Below are positions 44,720 to 55,568 of a DNA stretch of 64,000 nucleotides, one piece after another; the stretch's first letter is position 1; every line of letters starts with the position of its first letter. Both the position numbers and the translations under genes were made by a program. This DNA comes from a bacterium (GTDB lineage Bacteria > UBA8248). The notes beneath the pieces are model-generated. The model was not told the DNA's origin. It was given only the letters and a program-made list of their open reading frames with translations, and ran no database searches. The stretch is taken from positions 576,001 to 640,000 of the forward strand of contig OZ241996.1 of assembly GCA_965204535.1 (NCBI GenBank). The letters are read 5' to 3'.

Positions 44720-45898
44720 ATGGTCGTCAAAGCGGTACGCAAGGTTCCGTGGTTCACCTACTTTCCCGATAACTATCGCTGGTCGTTCATCACCTCGATG
44801 GGCCTGATGCGCGTGGCGGGCGGCGGGGCGGATACGTCGGAGATTTTCGAGGTCTGCAGGAATCTCGATAAAGACGTCGGCAACGACGAACTCTGGTTCG
44901 ATGAGTGGAAGCGCATGGGCGACCGCATACGCGCGATGGGCGTGGCGGCGCAGCGCCGCGGCAAAAACCTGACGGCGGCGGGCCATTTCTGCCGCTCCGC
45001 CACCTATCACCAGATGGCCGATCGCTTCCGCTTCCCGAAGGACAGGGAATCGCAGGGCGTCTACCGCAAATCCATCGACAGCTTCAAGCGCTACGTCCGC
45101 CTGAACGACAGTCCGAAGGCGGAACTCGTCGAGATTCCCTACGAGGGGGGCAAGTCGCTGCCCGGCTATTTCGTCCACGCCCAGAACACGCGCAAATCGA
45201 GACCCCCCGTGGTCGTGCTCTATTCGGGTTTCGACGGCACCAAGGAATCGCCCATGATCATCTCGGCCGGCGCACTCGCCCGGCGCGGCATGAGCGTGGT
45301 GGTGGTCGACAGCCCGGGCGTGGGCGAGGCCATCCGCTTCCGCAAGATATATCTCAGGCACGACTACGAGGTGGCGGGCTCGGCCGTTCTCGACTGGCTG
45401 GAGAAGCGAAAGGACGTGAACGCGAAGCGCGCCGGCATCATGGCGTCGAGCCTGGGGGGATACTACGCGCCCAGGACCGCCAGCATGGAGCGCCGCTTCA
45501 AGGCCTGTCTCGCCCACGGCGCGATCTGGGACTACCACGCGATATGGAAAAGGCGCATCGAGGCGGCGTTCAGGATTCAGCTTCCCTCGCCGGGGAACCA
45601 CCTGGCGTGGAGCTTCAACGTCAAGACGGCGGAGGAGGGCTTGGAGAAACTCGAAGGCTTCCGCCTCGACGGCGTCGTGCAGCGGATGAAGTGCCCCTTC
45701 CTGCTGGTGCACGGGGAAGACGATCAGCAAATACCGCTGGCGGATGCGAAATCGCTCTACAAGGCGGCGGGCTCGAAGGATAAGACGCTTCGCGTTTACA
45801 AGGGCACCGACGGCGGTTCCCAGCATTGCCACATGGACTACATCGCGCCCGTCGTCGGCTACATGGCGGACTGGATGGCCGAAAAACTGGGCGCGTAG
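44720..45898 (+). CDS. Alpha/beta hydrolase (2,6-dihydroxypseudooxynicotine hydrolase/FrsA-like)
   Basis: GFDGTKE, DSPGVGEA, nucleophile ASSLGGYYAPR, HGEDD, GSQHCH; AGGAGG RBS. Confidence 0.8.
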   Translation: MVVKAVRKVPWFTYFPDNYRWSFITSMGLMRVAGGGADTSEIFEVCRNLDKDVGNDELWFDEWKRMGDRIRAMGVAAQRRGKNLTAAGHFCRSATYHQMADRFRFPKDRESQGVYRKSIDSFKRYVRLNDSPKAELVEIPYEGGKSLPGYFVHAQNTRKSRPPVVVLYSGFDGTKESPMIISAGALARRGMSVVVVDSPGVGEAIRFRKIYLRHDYEVAGSAVLDWLEKRKDVNAKRAGIMASSLGGYYAPRTASMERRFKACLAHGAIWDYHAIWKRRIEAAFRIQLPSPGNHLAWSFNVKTAEEGLEKLEGFRLDGVVQRMKCPFLLVHGEDDQQIPLADAKSLYKAAGSKDKTLRVYKGTDGGSQHCHMDYIAPVVGYMADWMAEKLGA

Positions 45899-45917
45899 GG
45901 CCAGATAGGAGTTTCAG

Positions 45918-46742
45918 GTGGCGACGCTGGAAGTCGAGAGCCGGGGAAAGCTCGATATATATTACGAGGAAGAGGGCGCCGGCGAGCCTTTGGTGATGGT
46001 GGGCGGCCTGACGGCCACGGTGGAGGTCTGGGGCAAGCTGCGGGGGCTTCTCGCGGCGGATTACCGCCTCATCATGCCGGACAACCGGGGGACGGGCAGA
46101 ACGAAGGCGCATCATGACGACGGCGACCGCGCCCCTTCACGCATGGCGGAAGACCTGCTGGGGCTGGTCGACGGCTTGGGCCTCGATTCGTTTCACCTGA
46201 TGGGCGGCTCCTACGGCGGGACGATTGCGCTCTCGTTCGCGGTGAAACATCCCCAAAGACTCAAGAGCTTGGTCGTCGCGTGCTCTCACTTCGGGGGAGC
46301 GGATAAAATCGCGGCGGCCCCGGGCGTCCGGGAGACGCGCGCGCGGGGCGGCGCGCCCGATGCGACGGAAGAGGAGCGCCGGGCGGCGCTGGAGACGCTC
46401 TTCCATCCCGAGACGATAGACGAACGCCCAGAGGTGGTCGCCTTTTATGACGGCTTCAAGCGCCGCTTTCCCATCAGCAAAGAGGAGATCGAGCGGCGCA
46501 ACGAGGGGATGGCGGCGTTCGACGTTTCAGAAGAAGTGAGGACTTTGGGCGTGCCCACGCTCGTCATCTCGGGCGAGGCGGACGTTCTCGTGCCGACCGA
46601 GAATTCAAGGCTGATGGCCGGGCGGATTCCGGGTGCCGAGCTGGTCATCGTCGAGAACACGGGCCATCATTTCTATTCCGAACGCCCCGAAGCCGCCGCT
46701 GCGGCGATTCTGGGGTTTTTGAAGAGGCGCAGGTCCCCATGA
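45918..46742 (+). CDS. Alpha/beta fold hydrolase
   Basis: DNRGTG, GGSYGG, GEADVLVP, TGHHF. Confidence 0.85.
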   Translation: MATLEVESRGKLDIYYEEEGAGEPLVMVGGLTATVEVWGKLRGLLAADYRLIMPDNRGTGRTKAHHDDGDRAPSRMAEDLLGLVDGLGLDSFHLMGGSYGGTIALSFAVKHPQRLKSLVVACSHFGGADKIAAAPGVRETRARGGAPDATEEERRAALETLFHPETIDERPEVVAFYDGFKRRFPISKEEIERRNEGMAAFDVSEEVRTLGVPTLVISGEADVLVPTENSRLMAGRIPGAELVIVENTGHHFYSERPEAAAAAILGFLKRRRSP

Positions 46743-47566
46743 ACATCCCCGCTTTCGAGACGCTGCTGTTCGAGGTGCGCGGGAACGTCGCGCTCGTGAG
46801 CCTGAACCGCCCCGAGCGGCTGAACGCCATGAACCGCGCCATGCTGCGCGAGTTGAACGAGGCGTGCGATTTCATCGAAGCGGAAGATTCCATATACGTT
46901 GCCGTTCTCACCGGGGAGGGCAAGTCGTTTTCCTCAGGCTTCGATCTCAAGGAACAGGCGGAGAACACGCCCATAGGCTTCGCGGAATGGAGGCGCGCGC
47001 TCCGGCAGGATTTCGACGCCGTCATGCGCTTCTGGAATCTCACCAAACCCACTATCGCCGCCGTTCGGGGACACGCCCTGGCGGGAGGGTGTGAGCTTGC
47101 CCTGGCGTGCGACATCACCGTGGCGGCGGAAGACGCCGTTTTCGGCGAGCCGGAGCTCAAGTTCGGCGCGGGGATCGTCGTCATGCTCCTGCCCTGGCTC
47201 ACGAACCCCAAGCTGGCGAAGGAGATCATCCTGACGGGGGAGGACGGGGTCTCTGCCCAGGACGCCCACCGGATGGGTCTCGTGAACCGCGTGGTTCCCG
47301 AAGCCGATGTGCTCGATACCTCCATCTCTCTGGCCGAGAAAATGACGCCGATGGACCAGAGCCTGCTGCGCGCGACCAAGCTGGCGATGAACCGCGCGTA
47401 CGAGATCATGGGGATGGGCCGCGCGTTAGAGGCCGCGCTCGACCTGGACCTCATGATCGAAGGCAGGGGAACGGAGGACAAGGCCTGCTTTCTCGAGATT
47501 GCGCGTACCGAGGGCCTTCGCGCCGCCGTCGCCTGGCGCGACGCCAGGTTTGAGGATAAAGGGTGA
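46739..47566 (+). CDS. Enoyl-CoA hydratase/isomerase family protein
   Basis: LNRPERLNA, FSSGFDL, GGCELALACD, FGEPE. Confidence 0.9.
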   Translation: MNIPAFETLLFEVRGNVALVSLNRPERLNAMNRAMLRELNEACDFIEAEDSIYVAVLTGEGKSFSSGFDLKEQAENTPIGFAEWRRALRQDFDAVMRFWNLTKPTIAAVRGHALAGGCELALACDITVAAEDAVFGEPELKFGAGIVVMLLPWLTNPKLAKEIILTGEDGVSAQDAHRMGLVNRVVPEADVLDTSISLAEKMTPMDQSLLRATKLAMNRAYEIMGMGRALEAALDLDLMIEGRGTEDKACFLEIARTEGLRAAVAWRDARFEDKG

Positions 47567-47647
47567 AAAATTCCGCCGAAATATTGGTTCGCCTATGAAG
47601 TGCGGCTCATGTCGCACGCTCCCCGACTGAGGAGTCATCGCAGGCAC

Positions 47648-47744
47648 AAAAAAGCCACCAAGGTCCGCGTCATCAAAAACGTCATTGAGAGAGGCGTGGT
47701 GGCTATCTTGAATTTAACATACGCAACACGTCTCTCCGTGTCAA
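47648..47744 (-). promoter_or_regulatory. Orphan sigma70 promoter plus terminator-forming leader (candidate attenuator or sRNA)
   Basis: TTGACA(47744-47739)-17 nt-TATGTT, then an AGCCACCA...TGGTGGCT stem followed by TTTTT. Confidence 0.5.
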
Positions 47745-47962
47745 GGGAAAAACGGGATCGGGATGCGCGGTCGTTTGATTCCGCCCTCTAGTTGCCTTCG
47801 TTACTAAGATAATATCGATCGGGTCCGATTCGATCAGACTGATTCGGCTACCACGCGCGGCTGAAATGTGGAATCATACCGGACGTTCTCTCGCAAACGT
47901 CACCGCGAGTGAGACGATTTTTCACTTTGCTTTTATTTTATTCCCAAGGAGGAAGTTCACAG

Positions 47963-48517
47963 ATGCACCCACTCATCAAGAACAGAAGAAGTCTGCGCGC
48001 CTTCAACGGCGTACCGCCCGAGGCCGAGAAGCTCGAAGCCATGCTCGAGGCGTTCCGCTGGGCGCCGTCATCGAACAACCGCCAGCCCTGGCGCGTCATC
48101 GTGGTGGAATCGGAATCAGCGCAGGCGAAGTTCGACGAATGCCTGAACGAGGGGAACCGCCAGTGGGCGGCCGCGGCCCCGCTCAAGATGATTGTTCTCG
48201 GAAACCCGGAAGAACAGCCCGAGCGTTTCGGGCAGCAACGCTATCTGCTCGACGTCGGCATGGCGCTCGAGAATCTCCTGCTCCAGGGCAGTGATTTCGG
48301 GCTGACCGTTCACGCCATGGCGGGGTGGGACGAGCAGAAAGTGCTGGAGGGTTTCGGCATTCCCGAGCCGTTTCGCGTTGCGGCGCTCTTCGCCGTGGGG
48401 TATCCGGGCAAGACCGAAGATCTGCACCCCGATGTGCAGGCGAAGGACAACAAGCCGCCCGCGCGCAAAGACCCCGCCGAGATTTTCTTCCGGGATTCGT
48501 TCGGCCAGGCACGATAG
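47963..48517 (+). CDS. Nitroreductase family protein
   Basis: IKNRRSLRAF, WAPSSNNRQPW, VGYP; AAGGAGG RBS. Confidence 0.9.
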   Translation: MHPLIKNRRSLRAFNGVPPEAEKLEAMLEAFRWAPSSNNRQPWRVIVVESESAQAKFDECLNEGNRQWAAAAPLKMIVLGNPEEQPERFGQQRYLLDVGMALENLLLQGSDFGLTVHAMAGWDEQKVLEGFGIPEPFRVAALFAVGYPGKTEDLHPDVQAKDNKPPARKDPAEIFFRDSFGQAR

Positions 48518-48551
48518 CCAAGGGGCCGGTTTTTCACGGCGCGTTTCGCGT

Positions 48552-48580
48552 TTGACCCTCCCGCCCCAAGCCCCTAGAAT
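48552..48580 (+). promoter_or_regulatory. sigma70-type promoter upstream of the site-2 protease/trpS/ileS operon
   Basis: TTGACC-17 nt-TAGAAT. Confidence 0.55.
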
Positions 48581-48703
48581 CCGGCGAGCTTGCGAGTGGA
48601 ACTCCCGCCACCGGAAGTTTCCGGGGTCAACGCCCGGTTTGTGAATGTCAGGGGTTCATGCCGCTCGTTCATTGTCGCCTCTCATACGGGGTAAGGGACT
48701 GCC

Positions 48704-49375
48704 TTGTTCTCCTCGGATTTCATTCAGCAGTTGCTGATCGCGATACCGGCCATTCTGCTGGCGCTCACCTTTCACGAGGTGGCGCACGGCTGGATGGCCG
48801 AGAAGCTGGGCGACAACACCGCGCGCATGCTGGGGCGTATCAATCTTAACCCCATCGTCCATCTCGACTTAATGGGGACGATCGCCTTCGTCATCTCCAT
48901 GGTGGGGGGCGTGGGTTTTGGCTGGGCGAAGCCGGTGCCGGTGGATCCGCGCAATTTCCGTCATCCCAGGCGGGGGATGATGTGGGTGGCCCTCGCCGGG
49001 CCGGCGACGAATTTCATCCTGGCCATCATCAGCGGTTTTTTGTTTTCCCTGCTGCGCGGCTCGGGCCTGGGCTTCACCTTCGTGGGCGAGCCGCTCATGT
49101 TGATGCTGCGGGCGAGTTTCACCATCAACACCGCACTCGCGGCGTTCAACCTGATTCCCATCCTCCCCTTCGACGGGGGGAGGATCGTCATGGGGCTTTT
49201 GCCGAGAAGGCTGGCGTGGCAGTACTCTCGCAGCGAGCCGTTCGGGTTCTTCATCGTGCTGGGCCTGTTGCTGCTGGGCGCGCTGCACACGATCATGATG
49301 CCGATTTTCGTCGCTCTGGCTACGGCCGAGCAGGTTTTTGTGCTAAATCTTCTCAGAATCTTCGGTTTGGCGTAG
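48704..49375 (+). CDS. Site-2 protease family (peptidase M50)
   Basis: HEVAH, GWAKPVP, AGPATN, FNLIPILPFDGG. Confidence 0.9.
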   Translation: MFSSDFIQQLLIAIPAILLALTFHEVAHGWMAEKLGDNTARMLGRINLNPIVHLDLMGTIAFVISMVGGVGFGWAKPVPVDPRNFRHPRRGMMWVALAGPATNFILAIISGFLFSLLRGSGLGFTFVGEPLMLMLRASFTINTALAAFNLIPILPFDGGRIVMGLLPRRLAWQYSRSEPFGFFIVLGLLLLGALHTIMMPIFVALATAEQVFVLNLLRIFGLA

Positions 49376-49412
49376 CGGGTTTCTCGCAGGCGCGCGGATA
49401 AAGGACACTCGG

Positions 49413-50435
49413 ATGACGGACAGCCAAAACGAGAAAAACCGGCCGACGCGGTTTCTCTCCGGCGTGCAGCCCTCGGGAAAACTGCACCTGGGCAACTATT
49501 TCGGCGCGCTCAAACAGCACATCGCGCTCCAGGACGAGGCCGAGGCCTTCTACTTCATCGCGAACTACCACGCCATGACGACGGTGCAGGACAGGGACTT
49601 GCTGGCGGAGCAGACGCTTGCCGTGGCGATGGACTACCTCGCATTGGGCCTGGACCCCGAAAAGGCGGTTTTCTTCCGCCAGTCCGACGTGCCCGAGGTG
49701 AACGAACTCGCCTGGATGCTCTCCGCCGTCACGGGCAAGGGGCTGCTCGATCGCGCCACGTCGTTCAAGGACAAGGTGGCGCGGGGCATCACGCCCTCGA
49801 TGGGGCTTTACTATTACCCGATGCTCATGGCCGCCGACATCCTCATCTACCGCTCCACGGTCGTTCCGGTGGGAGAAGACCAGGTGCAGCATCTCGAGAT
49901 GACGCGGGACATGGCCCTGGCGTTCAACAACACATATGGGGAAATCTTCCCCCTGCCCACTGTCCGGCTCGACGCAGGCGCGAAGGTGCCGGGCGTCGAC
50001 GGCCAGAAGATGAGCAAGAGCTATGACAACACCATCGAGATTTTCGAGGAGGGGAAAAAACTCAGGAAGCGCGTGATGTCGATCGTCACCGACTCCATCC
50101 CGCTCGAAGAACCCAAGGACCCCGACGCCTGCAACGTGTTCGCCCTGTATCAACTCTTCTCCGATGAGGCGGAACAGGAGGAGCTCAGGGAGAAATACCG
50201 GACGCCCGGGTTCGGCTACGGCAACGCGAAGCAGATTCTCTTCGAGAAGCTGGATGCGTATTTCGCGCCTTACCGGGAAGAGAGGAAACGCCTGGAAGGG
50301 GATATCGGCTATGTGGAGGACGTTCTGGCCGAAGGCGGCGCCAGGGCCAGGGCGGAGGCGCAAAAGACGATGCGCCTCGTGAGGGAGGCGGCGGGAATAC
50401 CCGGGATGCCCGTATCGGCTGTCGAAACGACATAA
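49413..50435 (+). CDS. trpS: Tryptophan--tRNA ligase
   Basis: [36 protein letters not shown]. Confidence 0.97.
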   Translation: MTDSQNEKNRPTRFLSGVQPSGKLHLGNYFGALKQHIALQDEAEAFYFIANYHAMTTVQDRDLLAEQTLAVAMDYLALGLDPEKAVFFRQSDVPEVNELAWMLSAVTGKGLLDRATSFKDKVARGITPSMGLYYYPMLMAADILIYRSTVVPVGEDQVQHLEMTRDMALAFNNTYGEIFPLPTVRLDAGAKVPGVDGQKMSKSYDNTIEIFEEGKKLRKRVMSIVTDSIPLEEPKDPDACNVFALYQLFSDEAEQEELREKYRTPGFGYGNAKQILFEKLDAYFAPYREERKRLEGDIGYVEDVLAEGGARARAEAQKTMRLVREAAGIPGMPVSAVETT

Positions 50436-50451
50436 AGGACTGGATGGGAGA

Positions 50452-53307
50452 ATGACGACGAACTACAAGGAACTGCTGAACCTGCCCAAGACCTCGTTTC
50501 CCATGAAGGGGAACCTGCCCCGGCGCGAGCCGCAGATGCTCGAGTCCTGGGAGGCGCAGGATATTTACGAGAAGATCAGGGACGCATCGCAGGGCCGTAA
50601 AAAATACGTTCTGCACGACGGCCCCCCCTATGCGAACGGGCATATCCACCTGGGTACGGTGCTCAACAAGATTTTGAAGGACGTCGTGGTGAAATCGAAG
50701 CAGATGGCCGGTTTCGACGCCGTCTACGTGCCGGGGTGGGATTGCCACGGCCTGCCCATCGAGCACCAGGTGGACAAGGAACTCGGCCGCAAGCGCTTCG
50801 AGATAGACGAGGTGCAAAAGCGCAGGATGTGCCGTGAATACGCCGAGAAATACATCGACATCCAGCGGGACGAGTTCAAGCGCCTGGGCGTCTTCGGCGA
50901 CTGGGAGCGGCCCTACCTCACCATGAGCTACGACTACGAAGCCGCCACCGTGCGCGAACTGGCGCGCTTCATCGAGCGCGGCGGCGTGTATCTGGGTCTC
51001 AAACCCGTGCACTGGGCGCCGGGTCTGAGGACCGCGCTGGCGGAAGCCGAAGTGGAGTATGAAGAGGTCACCACGCCGAGCATCTATGTGAAATTCCCCA
51101 TCGCCGAGGAACAACTGCTGGGCTGGTCGGAGAAGATTGAAGGTCTGGGCGAGGCCGCAGAAGGTTCGCGGGTAAGCGTTCTCATCTGGACGACGACGCC
51201 TTGGACGCTGCCGGCCAATCTCGCGCTGGCGTTCAGTGAGACTCTCGAATACGGCGTGTTCCGCCACGGGGAGGAGTTGCTGATATTCCATGAGCATTTC
51301 CTGCCCCGGTTGAAAGAGCTGGCCGAACAAGAGGGAGCGAGCGCCACTTTCGAGAAGGTAGCGGGCTTTCAGGGGGGGGAGATCGAGGGCTTGCACGCGC
51401 GGCACCCCTGGATAGAGCGCGACTCGCTGGTCGTGAAGGCCGATTACGTCACCCTCGATCAGGGAACGGGCGTCGTGCACACCGCCCCCGGCCACGGGCG
51501 CGAGGACTACGAGACCGGCCTCAAATACGGCTTGGAAGTCTACAGCCCCATAGCGGACGACGGAAAGTTCACCGACGACGTGGCGCATTTCGCCGGCCAG
51601 TTCGTCTTCGATGCGGACCCGAACATCATCGCGCATCTGCGCGAATCGGGCCGCCTGTTCGCGGTGGAGGATTATACCCACCCCTATCCGCACGACTGGC
51701 GCAGCCACAGGCCGACCATCTTCCGCGCGACGCCGCAGTGGTTCATCTCGATGGAGCACGGCGATTTGAGAAAGCGCTCGCTCGAAGAGATTCGAAAGGT
51801 CGCCTGGGTGCCGCCCTGGGGCGAGGAGCGCATCTACGGCATGATCGAGAACAGGCCGGACTGGTGCATCTCGCGCCAGCGCTCCTGGGGCGTGCCCATC
51901 GTCGCCTTCCATTGCGAGGATTGCGGGCACGTCGTGGTGGACGCCGAGGTGGCGCACCGCGTGGCCGACCTGATGGAAGAAGGCGGCGCGGACGTATGGT
52001 TCGAGAGGCCGGCCGCGGAACTTCTGCCGCCGGGTTTCACCTGCCCCGTATGCGGCGGTACGTCTTTCAGGAAAGAGACCGACATTCTCGACGTATGGTT
52101 CGACTCGGGCGTCAGCCAGGCGGCCGTCCTGGAGAAGAGAGAAGAGTTGACGTGGCCTTCGGACATGTATCTCGAAGGTAGCGATCAGCACCGGGGCTGG
52201 TTCCACAGCTCCCTGCTCGCCGCTGTGGGCGTCAGGGACGCGGCGCCCTACCGCGAAGTGCTCACCCACGGCTACGTGGTGGACGGCAAGGGCAAGAAGA
52301 TGAGCAAATCCCTAGGCAATACGATCGCCCCTGAAGAAATTATCAAGAAATATGGTGCCGAGATATTAAGGCTTTGGGTCGCCGGGGAGAACTACCGGGA
52401 AGACATCCGCATTTCCCCGCAGATTCTGGACCGCATGGCCGAGGCCTACCGCCGGATCAGGAACACGTGCCGCTTCCTGCTGGGCAACCTGAGGGACTAT
52501 GAGAGCTTCGACCCCGCGCAGGACGCCGTTCCGCTGGCAGAGCGCATGGAGATCGACAGGCTCATCATCAGCCGCCTGGACAAGCTCGTCGAGCGCGTAC
52601 GGCAGGCCTACGCCGATTATGAATTTCACGCCGTCTACCATGCGCTCAACAACTTCTGCGCGGTCGATTTGTCCTCGTTCTATCTTGACGTTCTGAAAGA
52701 CAGGCTCTACATCTCGCTGCCGGACGATGTGGACAGGATATCGGGCGTCAGCACCATGCACGAAATCCTGGACGCGCTGCTCCGGATGATGGCGCCGATC
52801 CTGCCCTTCACGGCGGAAGAAGCCTATCAACTCACGCCGAAACTACACGGCGAGAGCATTCACCTGGCGTCCCTGCCCGAGGCCGACGCCGCGCGGCGCG
52901 ACGAGGCGCTCGAAGATAAATGGGAGCCTCTCATGCGCGCGCGGGCCGAGGTGTTAAAGGCGCTCGAGCTCGTCCGCCAGAATCAGGAAAAGGGCAAGGG
53001 CAGTTCTCTCAATTTCAGCGTGAGGCTGTTCACCGAGGAGAGTATGCGCGAGAAACTGGCGGTTCTGGAGCCCGAGATGGAAGACGTGTTCATCGTCTCG
53101 GGCGCCGCGCTCGCAGGCGCAGGCGAGGCACCCTCGGGCGATGTCTACCGCAGCGAGGAGGTGGAGGGTCTGGCCGTCGAGGTGAACGAGGCGCGGGGGG
53201 CGAAGTGCGCCATGTCGTGGAAAATCTCGGAAGACGTGGGCTCGGACCCGCGCTTCCCCGACCTCTCGGCGCGCTGCGCACACATCGCCGCGAAGGTGCT
53301 TTCGTGA
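50452..53307 (+). CDS. ileS: Isoleucine--tRNA ligase (type 1)
   Basis: [53 protein letters not shown]. Confidence 0.97.
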   Translation: MTTNYKELLNLPKTSFPMKGNLPRREPQMLESWEAQDIYEKIRDASQGRKKYVLHDGPPYANGHIHLGTVLNKILKDVVVKSKQMAGFDAVYVPGWDCHGLPIEHQVDKELGRKRFEIDEVQKRRMCREYAEKYIDIQRDEFKRLGVFGDWERPYLTMSYDYEAATVRELARFIERGGVYLGLKPVHWAPGLRTALAEAEVEYEEVTTPSIYVKFPIAEEQLLGWSEKIEGLGEAAEGSRVSVLIWTTTPWTLPANLALAFSETLEYGVFRHGEELLIFHEHFLPRLKELAEQEGASATFEKVAGFQGGEIEGLHARHPWIERDSLVVKADYVTLDQGTGVVHTAPGHGREDYETGLKYGLEVYSPIADDGKFTDDVAHFAGQFVFDADPNIIAHLRESGRLFAVEDYTHPYPHDWRSHRPTIFRATPQWFISMEHGDLRKRSLEEIRKVAWVPPWGEERIYGMIENRPDWCISRQRSWGVPIVAFHCEDCGHVVVDAEVAHRVADLMEEGGADVWFERPAAELLPPGFTCPVCGGTSFRKETDILDVWFDSGVSQAAVLEKREELTWPSDMYLEGSDQHRGWFHSSLLAAVGVRDAAPYREVLTHGYVVDGKGKKMSKSLGNTIAPEEIIKKYGAEILRLWVAGENYREDIRISPQILDRMAEAYRRIRNTCRFLLGNLRDYESFDPAQDAVPLAERMEIDRLIISRLDKLVERVRQAYADYEFHAVYHALNNFCAVDLSSFYLDVLKDRLYISLPDDVDRISGVSTMHEILDALLRMMAPILPFTAEEAYQLTPKLHGESIHLASLPEADAARRDEALEDKWEPLMRARAEVLKALELVRQNQEKGKGSSLNFSVRLFTEESMREKLAVLEPEMEDVFIVSGAALAGAGEAPSGDVYRSEEVEGLAVEVNEARGAKCAMSWKISEDVGSDPRFPDLSARCAHIAAKVLS

Positions 53308-53813
53308 ACCGAAGGCCGGGGCTCAAGCCGTTTTTCCTCATCGCCGCTCTTTTCGCCCTGGCCGATCAGGTAATCAAGCAAATCGTCGATAAAACCTTCG
53401 CCCTGGGCGACTCGGTAGCGGTGGTTCCGGGGTTTTTCAACCTCGTACATTTGAGAAATTCCGGCGGGGCGTTCAGCATCCTGGACGGCCTGCCTCCCCT
53501 GTGGGGGCGTCTTTTCTTTATCTGCGCCACCCTGGCCGCGTTGGCGTTCGTCCTCTATCTATATCGCTCTCATCCGCCGGGAAATCTCTGGGGACGAGCG
53601 GGCATGATTCTCGTTTTCGGCGGCGGCCTGGGGAATCTGGTGGACAGGGTCGCCTACGGCGAGGTGATCGATTATCTCCTGTTCTATTATGGGCAATACC
53701 ATTGGCCCGCATTCAACCTGGCGGACTCGGGCATCACGGTCGGGGTCGGTCTGATGATAGTCGATCTCTTGCGGAGTCCGGGCGAGACCGCATCGACGCG
53801 GGAAGGCGGGTAA
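53304..53813 (+). CDS. lspA: Lipoprotein signal peptidase II
   Basis: DQVIK, NSGGAFS, GNLVDR, VIDY, FNLADS; directly after ileS with GTGA overlap. Confidence 0.92.
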   Translation: MNRRPGLKPFFLIAALFALADQVIKQIVDKTFALGDSVAVVPGFFNLVHLRNSGGAFSILDGLPPLWGRLFFICATLAALAFVLYLYRSHPPGNLWGRAGMILVFGGGLGNLVDRVAYGEVIDYLLFYYGQYHWPAFNLADSGITVGVGLMIVDLLRSPGETASTREGG

Positions 53814-53837
53814 AGATAATCGCCGGATTCACATGAG

Positions 53838-54407
53838 GTGGTTTCCACTTTCGGAGGGATGGAGATGCTCGGCCCTTTCCCGTTCTCGGGAACGCATGCG
53901 AGTCGAAACAAACCCTCCGTAGGTTCGGCGACCAGGGCGCGCGGTTATGCGCGCCATTATCTGTGGAACACGTCTGTTGTCTGGAGCATTATTTCTCTGG
54001 CCTGCATTTCGGGCCTGGGATACCTGTTTGCGCAACGCCCGCTTCAACAAGAGACGCTCTTCTACGCCGCCGTCTCGCTTCTGGGTGTTTTTCTCGCTTA
54101 TTCGTTCTGGCGAGCCTCTCGCGCGCTCAGAGACCTGATGGGCGAACCGGTGAACTTCGAGGGCCGCGTCGCGTCCAAAGCCTCCTATATCTTCTGGAAC
54201 AAGCTGGCCTTCCTGGAAGAAAAATATCACCTCAGAATCGTTCGCGGCGTAGGCATGCGTCCGCTGACGCTGGGGAGCGGAAAAATCATCAAGGAAGGCT
54301 GGTTTCTGGCCGCGCAGGGCTACCACGACCTCCTGGCTCCGGGCGATCAGGTCCGGGGGACGCTCTATCCCAGATCGCGCATCATCGGCGCCCTCGTCAA
54401 GGTATGA
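53838..54407 (+). CDS. Hypothetical membrane protein
   Basis: Two hydrophobic helices; fills the gap between lspA and the pseudouridine synthase gene with ATGA overlap; start uncertain. Confidence 0.55.
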   Translation: MVSTFGGMEMLGPFPFSGTHASRNKPSVGSATRARGYARHYLWNTSVVWSIISLACISGLGYLFAQRPLQQETLFYAAVSLLGVFLAYSFWRASRALRDLMGEPVNFEGRVASKASYIFWNKLAFLEEKYHLRIVRGVGMRPLTLGSGKIIKEGWFLAAQGYHDLLAPGDQVRGTLYPRSRIIGALVKV

Positions 54408-55369
54408 GTGTGGCGGAGAAGGGCGAGAAAACCTGGGCGCTTGTCTGCCGTGAAGGCGCCAAGCGGGTCGATTCATTTCTGGCCCGGAACCTGAAAGACC
54501 TCTCCCGTTCTCGCGTGCAGGCGCTCATCCGAGACGGCATGGTCTCGGTCGATGGAAGAGTGGAGACGAAAACGGCACATGCGCTCATGAGCGGCACGCG
54601 CGTCGTGGTGACGCTGCCGCCACCCGCGCCCTCCCACATCGAGGCCGAAGAGATTGCGCTCGACGTTCGCTACGAGGACGAACACCTGCTTGTGATCAAC
54701 AAGCCGCCCGGCATGGTGGTTCACCCCGGCGCCGGACAGCGCAAGGGAACTCTCGCCGCCGCTCTTTTGCATCACTGCAGAGGACAGCTCTCGGGCATCG
54801 GCGGGGTGGAGAGGCCCGGCATCGTTCACCGGCTCGACAAGGACACGTCCGGCCTGCTGATTGCGGCGAAAACGGATGCCGCGCACCGAAAACTATCCGC
54901 CGATCTCAAGGCGCGCCGGATTCACCGCCACTATCTGGCCATCGTCCGGGGCATCCCCGCGCAGGGGGAGGGGACGGTAGACGCTCCCATCGGACGCCAT
55001 CCGGCCCACAGGATGGCCATGGCGGTCGTGGAGAGCGGGCGTCGGGCGGTGACTCACTACGCGGTCCGTGAAGTGCTGGGAGACGCATCGCTTTTGGGCA
55101 TTACGCTGGAGACGGGCAGAACGCATCAAATCAGGGTGCACATGAGCCACATCGGGCATCCCGTCCTGGGTGATCCGGTCTACGGTCTGGGCCGGTTGCC
55201 GAGAGGGCCCCGCAAGAAGAACAAATCGAATCAAAAGAGCCTCATCGGGAGACAGGCGCTCCATGCGCACAGGCTGGGTTTTTGCCACCCCATCGAAGGG
55301 GATGAGCGGGAACTGGTGGCCGAACCTCCGGCGGATTTCCTGAAACTGCTGGAGGATTTGCGGGGGTAG
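54404..55369 (+). CDS. rluD: RluA family pseudouridine synthase with S4 domain (RluD-like)
   Basis: SRSRVQALI, NKPPGMVVHP, HRLDKDTSG, ETGRTHQIRVH, QALHA. Confidence 0.85.
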   Translation: MSVAEKGEKTWALVCREGAKRVDSFLARNLKDLSRSRVQALIRDGMVSVDGRVETKTAHALMSGTRVVVTLPPPAPSHIEAEEIALDVRYEDEHLLVINKPPGMVVHPGAGQRKGTLAAALLHHCRGQLSGIGGVERPGIVHRLDKDTSGLLIAAKTDAAHRKLSADLKARRIHRHYLAIVRGIPAQGEGTVDAPIGRHPAHRMAMAVVESGRRAVTHYAVREVLGDASLLGITLETGRTHQIRVHMSHIGHPVLGDPVYGLGRLPRGPRKKNKSNQKSLIGRQALHAHRLGFCHPIEGDERELVAEPPADFLKLLEDLRG

Positions 55370-55568
55370 CTCTCTTGCTGAATGAGTTTCACGCCTAAGC
55401 CGCCCGAGGCGTCCCAAGGTTTCGTTTCGTCTCATTCCTTGCCTATCGCGTTCGAGGTATGCCATAAGAACTCCTGACACATGGAGAACCCATTTCAAGC
55501 ATTTTGAGTTATCTGCTCTGGTAATTTGGAGAAAAGATATCTCATCCTTTTGTTAATTGAGGACTTAT

